A DNA stretch of 64,000 bases, from the NCBI RefSeq assembly GCF_001194135.2, contig NC_069003.1:32100660-32164659 (forward strand), given 5' to 3'. The translations under genes were made by a program, and so were the position numbers. The notes below the pieces were generated by a model. The model saw only the letters and a program-made list of their open reading frames with translations, ran no database searches and was not told where the DNA came from. The stretch's first letter is position 1; each line of letters begins with the position of its first letter. Shown piece after piece: positions 63,829 through 64,000 of the stretch. The DNA is from Octopus bimaculoides (taxonomy: Eukaryota).

Positions 63829-64000
63829 CACTGTCTGTATCTTACTTTTTATCTGTTTTCTCCATATCTCTTTCCCCAATTTCTGACTCTCTGTTTCTCA
63901 CTACTTATCTCCCTTACTCTCCTCTCTTACATTTTATTTCAGTTTTTTCCCCCCTCCCTCTTCTCTTTCTCTCCATTTAGAAAATAAAGTAATTGCTGAT

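Overview
This is an AT-rich, repeat-saturated eukaryotic window with five N-gaps, consistent with a draft assembly. The SINE and MITE families and the extreme (TA)n/(TG)n density point to a coleoid cephalopod, most likely Octopus; this is inferred from remembered repeat families, not from a database search. I could not support any host protein-coding gene. Nearly all listed ORFs are microsatellite or SINE artefacts, and only a few isolated splice-flanked segments could be exons, so the window is probably a large intron or intergenic DNA. It contains many tRNA-derived SINEs with swappable 3' modules, 5'-truncated RTE-clade LINE fragments of at least three types, and a Dong/R4-like 3' end inside a (TAA)30 tract. 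It also has two hAT elements with perfect 8-bp TSDs, two TTAA-flanked MITE families and a Tc1-like remnant. The most interesting signal is a head-to-head pair of decayed minimal type I hammerhead-ribozyme motifs at 82-186 whose joint consensus is a perfect hammerhead. Weaker hammerhead-like motifs occur elsewhere, along with several long hairpins, suggesting a hidden Penelope-like or retrozyme layer.
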